The notes under the pieces are model-generated. The model was not told the origin of the DNA. It searched no databases and worked only from the letters and a program-made list of their open reading frames with translations. From a virus (lineage: Duplodnaviria; Caudoviricetes), in IMG/VR virus record IMGVR_UViG_3300020472_000035, positions 1 to 53,895 of that record: a stretch of DNA of 53,895 nt; one strand, 5' to 3'. This document shows positions 34,301-43,300 of the stretch, one piece after another. Within the stretch, counting starts at the first letter, position 1; every line of letters starts with the position of its first letter. The position numbers were made by a program, and so were the translations under genes.

Positions 34301-37300
34301 AATCTTACCAACCTTAGTTCCTCTGGTAAAGATTGAAGCACCTGTTCCAACAGGAGGAATAACAACTGTTAAATCTACACCAGAACCAGTTAATCCAGCA
34401 CCAAGAATACCTGAAATTGATTCAACATCAATTGTAGCAGTAGTATATCCTTTACCTGGAGAGGTAACTACAACTTCTTGAATCTGACCTGGAATTGTTA
34501 CACCATCATCATCAGTTCCATCAGCAACAGTGATTGAAACAAATCCACCTTCACCATCACCACCAATAGGAACACTATTATAAACACCTACTGCATATTC
34601 AGTACCTGGTTCATTGATTTGAACTCTTTCTATCTGTCTTGATGACTGAATTGTAGTAACAACAGGTAATCTAGTGTAGAAACCACCTGGATTAACAATA
34701 CGAATATCATTAATAGATCCAACGGCTTTTAGAGAACTAGTGCTATATGTTGTGTTAATTATATCAGCATTACCTTCTGGTTCATTAGCAAGTCTAAACT
34801 TGATAGTATCAGCACCACGAGTAATTGTTGCACCAGATATAGAATGAATCGTAAATTGACCTTTATAAGGTGAATCCGTTACATCTAAGTAACTAGAAGG
34901 AATAACTGGAGATGTTGCTGCATCAGGTCTAGATGGGTCAAAGTAATAAGAAATATTTGTAACAATATCATCATCAACTTTTAATTTAACTGTAGGAGTA
35001 GGAACACCTTGACCAGTTATACCTGGAGTTCCAACTCTTTCGATTGAGTTGAATGAATATTCTAGTTTGTATAGATTATCTTTAGAGAATGATAGGTTAC
35101 CACCAGCCATAGAAGAATGACTGACATCAAAGAGATATTGATGTCCATAATACATCTTCAAGACAGGAGATTTAACGTATATACTGACACTACTACCACT
35201 AGGTGCAGGAGAAGTAAGAGCAACCTGATTTAATTTGTAAGTAAATTCAACAGGACTTACAACACTATGAATTGGGAACGCACCATCATATTCATCATAA
35301 ACTACAGGACCAGAACCTGGGTCATAAGTTTGTGATGGGTTACCATCAACATTAATTACCTCACCTTCAGTAAGATAATGACTACTTCCAGTAATTACAT
35401 AAACTTCATCACTATTACCAACAGCAGTTACTTGTAGAGTCTTTGTGAGTGTTGCAACTAAAGTAATCTTAAGAACACCTGTTAAATTAGTAATTTGAGC
35501 AGTAGTATACTCAGAATTATAGGATATGTCACCAGAGTTAATATTGATAACAGAACCAACAATAAATGGTGAACCACCAGAAACTTCATCAATTCTTATA
35601 GAATAGTCATCATCACTATAAGGTTTCAACTTACATAGATCATCAAGGTTATTTGTTCCACCTTCAGGATGATCATAGGTGTTTAGATCAATATCAAATG
35701 TACCTGGTGTAGTATTATTAACTTGTGAGAATGTAAAGACTAATTCGTTAATATCTGCAGGAATCGGTCCAACAATACCGTAACTACTTTGCTCATTAAA
35801 TTGCTCAGTAAGTAGTTTACCAGTATTCAGATCATTAGACCAAGGATTATTATTAACAGCAAGGTAAATCTTCTTATTAACAGTATCTTGTCTAATAATG
35901 TATCCACTATTAATAAAGACATCTGAATCATTATTAAGGACTAATTTCGCACCTGTAGTAAAGACGAATTGCTGATTAAGAGTTAACTCCTGTATATTGT
36001 CTATCTTAACAGTAGGTGTAACTTTAAAGAAATACCTATCCTTAACAACAGCAGTAACTTTTAACTTTTGAGAACCTGGAGAAGGAACAGTAGCAGTTCT
36101 AGAACTCCAAACATCTTGAAGGTAATTTAATGACTCAGAATCTTGAGTCATTGAAGTATCAGCATCATCAAAGTCTAAATTCTGGAATCCAGCTTCTGCT
36201 AGAGCAAATCCAGTATTATTAATAGTTAATTCATTACCTGTTTGAATTGCAATCGCAGTTCTAGTAAATCCTAATTGAGTATTAGTTTGAGTAGTCTGAG
36301 TACCAATTCTTGTAGCATCAGCATTCTTATCAACCTTTAGACCCCAACCAGTGTAATCAATGTAATCATACTTGTTAGTATATGTGCTAAACCAAGCAGT
36401 ATCAACCCAAATATTACTCTCACCAAATCCACCAGCAACAGGATAATTAGTAACATCACCAGGAACTGTTGGAGTAACAGCTCTATTTCTTAAACGTAAG
36501 TTATCAACCCAATATTGACCCTGCTCATTAGAACGCCAATTATCTAATGTTCCACTTCTACCAGGAATATTACCAATGTATAGATCCTTATTACCAAAGG
36601 CAGTATTATCGATAGTTCCTTGAAGAACTTGTATACCATTAACATATGCTGTAAATTGTCCTCCTTCTTTCTTAAGTCCAATGAATTGCCAAGTATTATC
36701 AGCAAACATTGTAGTAACTGTAGACTGAAGAGCACCTGATGCAGAGTTAAGTGCAGTTCCACTTGCAGTAACAACTAATTGTAATTCTCCACTAGCAATA
36801 TCATAATACAACCATAGACCACCTGTGCTAACAGTTGCATCACCAATTGCTATTAATGTTTGTTGTGTCTGGTTATGAGTTTGTGTATTACTATTAGCAG
36901 TATCCTTATACAACATGAACTCAACAGTCCAGTCACTAGCCATCTTAGTTCCTAGATCTGCTCCAGCAAGTTTAATAACTGCATTTTCCCATGTAGTAGG
37001 AGTAACAGTATCCTTACCTAATAGTTTTGCAAATCCGTTTGTAGAATCAAATTTAAGTGCATCACCTTCACCTATAAAGGTTGGAGTGTAATGACCTGTG
37101 GTATCTGTAGTCTCACCATTAGTGAATTCAAGAAGAAGTTCATTTCTGTTCCAAGATGTTTGTCCATATACATGGAGATCACCAGAACTATCAGGATATA
37201 GACCATAAGCAGTAATACCTTCAACATTATTAACGTTAAAGTTATTATTAGTCTGATTCTTAATTACACCGTTATATCCGATTTTAACTGTATCTACAGT

Positions 37301-40300
37301 TTTCTCACCAGTTGCGTTTAATGACTTATTAACTGCAATGTTAAGATCACCAAAGATATCAATATGAGATCTAGCAGCAACATAAGAAGTGTATCCACCA
37401 GCAACAGCATAACGATAATTCCAAAGAATTTCACCAGAAGTGTTTAATTTACCAACCCAGAATCCATCTTTTGTGGTATTATCTGCTTTAAGTCTTGTTG
37501 AAGCAGTAATATAAAGTTCGTTAAATTCATCAACACTAAGACTTGTATCCATGAATGAATATAACGCATTATATAATTGCTTATTCCACTCAAGGGTAAT
37601 TGCACTAGTACCAAGTTGTGCTTTACCAATACCTGTATCAATCGATGCTCCATTTGGAGTACTAGCAATTTCAAATGTGTAGTAAATATCGGTTCCGTTA
37701 ACAAGTAAATCTGTAATTTTTTCAGATACATTAGTAGAAGTAATCTTTCTCTTTACAGCAAAGTTACCAACTGTGTCTACAACAGCAATATAAGCATCAT
37801 ATGGATTACCAGAGTTAGTATTTGTATAACCACCTATAGCGAATCTAGTATCAGAATACTTAGCAATAGCACTAACATTATCAGAACGAGTAGAACCAGA
37901 AATACCAGCATATCCTTTCTGATATTGTAGAGTTGCACTTAATCCGTTATCTGCCTGTGTATACTTACAAAGGATAACATCAGGGTTATATGCTTCTAGA
38001 ATGTTTGAATTTGGTCTATTATGACCAACAGCATAGATGTCATTACCATCAACAAGTATTTTCTCAAGTTCTACTTCTTGTTGACCAGTGGTGCTCTTGA
38101 TAGTCTTTTCCCAATCTTTAACACCAGTAGCAGATAATTTAGAAACAAATCCAATAGTATATCCAAAGGAATCCTTGGTTTTACCACAAATAAAGACTTC
38201 TTTAGCAGCGTTTACATAAACATCATTAATTTTCACATAATTCTCATTTTCAATCTTAGAAACATAATAATCTGCTTTCTTATAGATTTGAGGGTGTGAT
38301 AAGATAACACGTGGATTTGTAGTATAATCTTGTCCAGAGTTAAGGATTTTAACTTCTGAAATAGATCCAACAGTAGATACAACCGCTTGTAATGTAGAAC
38401 CGCTTCCATCTCCATCAATAATCATTGTTGGAGGAATTTCACTATTATATCCAGATCCTGATTGATTAACAATAATTTCTTCAACACCTTTGATTTGTTT
38501 AACAACAAATGTCTTATTGGTGTTGTTCATAATAGGTGTATAAGACACCACAACCTGATCATCAGTAACTAGATTATGAGGTAAAGCAGTCGTTAATACA
38601 CCATAATTAACACCACCTACGTTTTCAAAGCTGTAATTATTAACTGTTTCACCTTTAATATGTGAAACACGAGCAGAAACACCAGTACCATCAGTACCAG
38701 TATTATCAAAATCTAGACGGTCATTAACCTGATAAGATGTACCTGGGTTTTCAACTGTAAATCCAGTTACAGAAGCATCCTCAAATTTAGTAATAGTTTC
38801 AACTTCAATATCAACTTTAGAGTCAAACTTAACTTTAGGGAAGTAATCAAAGAGTTGTAGAGGTGATTCCTCAAAGATTTGATCTGGATCATCAGTCTCA
38901 TCTTGAGAGATAACAGCGTCCCTATTTTCGTCTTCTACCTCGAATAGGAGTAATTCACCATCTTCAGTAGTTAGAGCGTTTGTAGAGGCATTTGGTGCCC
39001 TCTCAACGTCAATATCAACGTTCTCATATGGATCACGATATCTAACAACACCAGTAGGAATATTCTGCTGAACAGCACTAGTGCTTAAGTTCCATGTATC
39101 AACAACTGAGTTGAAACTTGGTCCTAAAACATATGGGAATTCTGGGTTTCCTTGCTCAGTAGTATCAATAGTAACGAAATAACAATATCTACCAGTTGGA
39201 AACTCAGGTGTCTTACAAAAACGACCATTGTACTGGTCAAGATCACCTAAACCAAACACATAGTCATAGTCTTCAACAAACTTACCAGCAGGTTCTTCAG
39301 TCAATAAAGGACCAGCAGTTCTAACTGGATATGGATTAGTAATTACATCATATACAAGTTCTGCCTTTAACCTGTATGAAGTGTTTAATCTGTTTATTGC
39401 AGAAACTTGATCGGTAGGATCACTATAACCATAAGGACCATAAATTGGGTTACCATCAAATGCCCATCCAACTATAGGTGAGTGATCTAACTGTTCTGCC
39501 TGTTCAATTACATTTCCTATAGTAGGTTCTTGTAAATTATCACCAAGAACATACCTTAATCTTTGTGGGTTTGATAAATGAGCATATTCACCACCATATT
39601 GGTTATTATATCCTTCAAATACTCCACCTTTCGCATCATCTAACGTAGTAGTCTCTTGAAGGTTGTATGTCCACTGGAATACATTTGCTGCAAATAATGC
39701 ATCTTGACCAACTGAAGTCAAGTTAATAAGTGTAGTTCCTTGAATATATCCAATACCTCTGTTAAGAATCTCAACACTAGTAACTCTTCCTGCGTTTTCA
39801 CCATCAACATCAATACTTGCTCTAGCAACAGCACCGAAACCATCACCTTGAATACTAATTTCAGGAGCAGTAGTATATCCAGATCCAGCAGAAATGATAG
39901 CAATTGATATAATACGACCATTCTGTACAATTGCTTGAGCAACAGCACCTGATCCAGAACTTAACTTAACATCTGGTTTAGATGTATATGATGCACCACC
40001 ACTAGTTACTGAAATAGATTGAATAGGACCACGAACGTTTGCAGTAGCAGTTGCACCAGTTCCACCACCTCCAACAATGGTTATTTGAGGTTGTGAGGTG
40101 TATCCAGTTCCCCCAGAATTGATTAGAATACGTGAAACAATACCTTTGGTTATAATGGCAGTAGCAGCAGCTCCAGACCCGCCACCGCCGACTATAGAGA
40201 CCAATGGAGACGATGTATAACCAGATCCACCAGTAAGAACTTCAACTTCACTTAGAGATCCGTTAACAATTACAGATGCAGCAGCACCACTACCAGATCC

Positions 40301-43300
40301 ACCAGATATAGTGATATTTGGTGGAGATGCAGCATCATACTCCTTACCAACATTAGTAATTGAAATCCCAGTTACAGCACCAAATGTCTTGTATAAAGAC
40401 GACTTATATGACCATACAGATACACCATTAACCCAAGTTCCAATAGGACCAGGATTAATTAGATTTTTTGTAGAAATAGTTTGTGCAGTTCTTGGGAACC
40501 TATTTAATTTTCTCTGGTTACCAGGAAGAAGTGCAGATCCTGGGAAAGGACCAATGTTATAGTTTGGAATACCTGTAGAGGCAACATAAACATAGCTGTC
40601 ATTAAAGAATGTATTCTGAACGTTAGTGGTATAAGAACCAATAGCAGTTAAAATCTGATTACTTGTAGATTTACCCTTATTAAGGTCAATAGATACAAGA
40701 ATATTACCTTGAGGTATAACACCACCTGGTTGAGGTAAGTTATACTGGAAAACAGTCGAACTATCCCTAGATGTTACAAGGAATGTTCCATTATAGATGA
40801 TTGGGTTAGCACCATAAATCGTAACCTGGTCACCAACCAATAGACCATGAGCATTAGCACAAGTTACAGTAGCAGATTGATCATTAACACCACCAAATGT
40901 AATACCTGTGATCGAAATTAACTTTTTAACGTTATACAACCAAGTAATGAGTTCAGACTTGGTATCTGTTCCACCTAACTTAGAAATTGCAAGTTTATCA
41001 CCTGGTAAGTAATAAGATCCAGTGTCAGTAAGGGTTGTTTGTTGAGCATCAACAATACCAACAACATTCATTACTACTTCTTGAGCAGTTCCCTTATTAA
41101 CATAAACTTTAAAGTTTGATTTTACTTCAGTAGCAGAATCCCAGTCCTCAACTACACCATTTACTGATCTAGTACACTCAATAAACTGGTTTAAAGATTT
41201 TTCTTTATATTGAATAACTTCTGTAATATCTGATGATCCACCAATAACAAATTCACCGTTTCTTTCTGGCCAACCAATAGTAGAGTCAACAGTTATAATG
41301 CCATCTGTAGCACTAAGAGGTTCTGCTAATTTTGTTTTATATGGAACAATAAACTTCCCATCAATTGTCTCTTCTGAGAGAATTAATTCATAAATCTCAA
41401 CTTCAGATGTCTTAATAGAAATAAAGTTCTCTACAAGAGCAGTTGCTGCCTTAATATTATCATCAGCAATATCAGCATCTTGAGTTAGAAGACCATCTTT
41501 AATATCTGCAGGGTCACCAGTAACTATAGTTGCACGAAGAATTGTATCAATAGACCATGTTGCAGCAGATGGTTTAATGATTTGATCTTTAGGATATGAT
41601 ATATTAACTTGCTCACCATAAAGAAGTTTAAAGAGATAAGAAATACTATAAGAAGTTCCCTTAGCACTATAAAAGTCTTTAATTGTCTTAATTGCTGTTC
41701 TAACGTCGATTTTAGTATAATCTAACGTAGGAACATCAGGTAAGAACTGTTCTGTGTACTTGTCAAGTAATCTCTTAACAAATAATGAGTCAAGACACTT
41801 AACTGGTGCATCTAAAGCATGTGCAGCTGCAATTGTGTCATTTGTAAAATTAGCATTACCACTTTCTGTATAAGAACTGATAGCACTTGCTGCTCTAGCA
41901 CATCCTAAGAATTGTGCTTTAGTATAACCAGATCCACTTTGATTAATATTAAATCCAGTAACTTCATCTACACCAATAGTTGCAGATGCTTCTGCCTCTG
42001 GAGGTGCTTGAATAACAATTGTTGGAGGAGTAGCAGAACTATATCCAGATCCAAATTCAGTAACGTTAATATCCGTAATTTGACCATTAAAGATAGATGC
42101 TACTGCTTTTGCACCACTTCCACCAATAAAGTTTCCTCTATCATCTAATCTATTATCAACAATATAAACTGAAGGAACATCCTCATATCCACTACCACCA
42201 TTTAAAAGTTCAATTGCTGTTACTCGACCATCAGTATCGATGATAGTTTCTAAAACTTGAGCACCAACTGGGTCAATAATAGCAATTCTAGGTGTTGAAG
42301 TATATCCTTGTCCAGCATTTAAGATTGTAAGAGCACTAATAGAACCTTCTACTATAGTTGCTTGAATATTTGCTCTAACTGGGTTATCTCCAGTAGGTTC
42401 ATCAACATATACTTCAGGAGCAGTAGTATATCCAAATCCACCGTAAGTAATAGGAGGAACAGTACTAATAGAACCAGATAGAATCTGCCCAGTCCCTAAT
42501 GTAGCACCTCCAGGCTGTCTGAAAGTGATTCTAGGTGTAAATGTATATCCACTACCTGAATTCTCAATGTCAATCCTAGTAACAGCACCGTTAGTAACAG
42601 TTGCCTTTAAAGTTGCTTGTGTAGAACCATCTAATGTTGGAGACTGAACTTGAACTACTGGTGGGTTACTTTCACTATAACCATATCCACCATTTAATAG
42701 TGCTAAGGATTTAACACCATTTACTAATGCAGTAGCAGAAGCACCACTTCCACCAGTGTCAGCAGTAATTGAAACTTTAGGAGGATATGGGAATCTATAC
42801 TTAGATCCAGTTGTATTAACAGCAATACCTGTAATGGTTCCAGTATCACTAATTTGAGCATATCCAACAGCACCTGATCCAAATGAAGGAATAGGTGCCT
42901 CAATAGCATACAATGATAAAATTCTACCGTTTAATGGAGCAGTTTTGAAGATAAACTGATCACCATCAAGGAAATAATCGATCTTAGGTTGTAAAAGAAC
43001 ATTATCATAGACTGCAATAACATATTCATCTACAATTGGTTCATATCTTACACCACCCTTAGTAATGGTAAATTGTCTTTTACTTTCCCCAAATGAACCA
43101 GAAATATTATCAATAGCGACCAATTCATTCTCAATAAAACCATTCAAATAGGTAATATAGGTATATGCTGCATCATCAGCAGGAATTCTTGCTCTAGGTG
43201 GAGTTGCGAATACAATATGACTACCATCAACAGTATAATCAACATTTGGAATTAACCAATCACCGTAAATACGTACAATCAAATGTTGGGCAGATGGTGG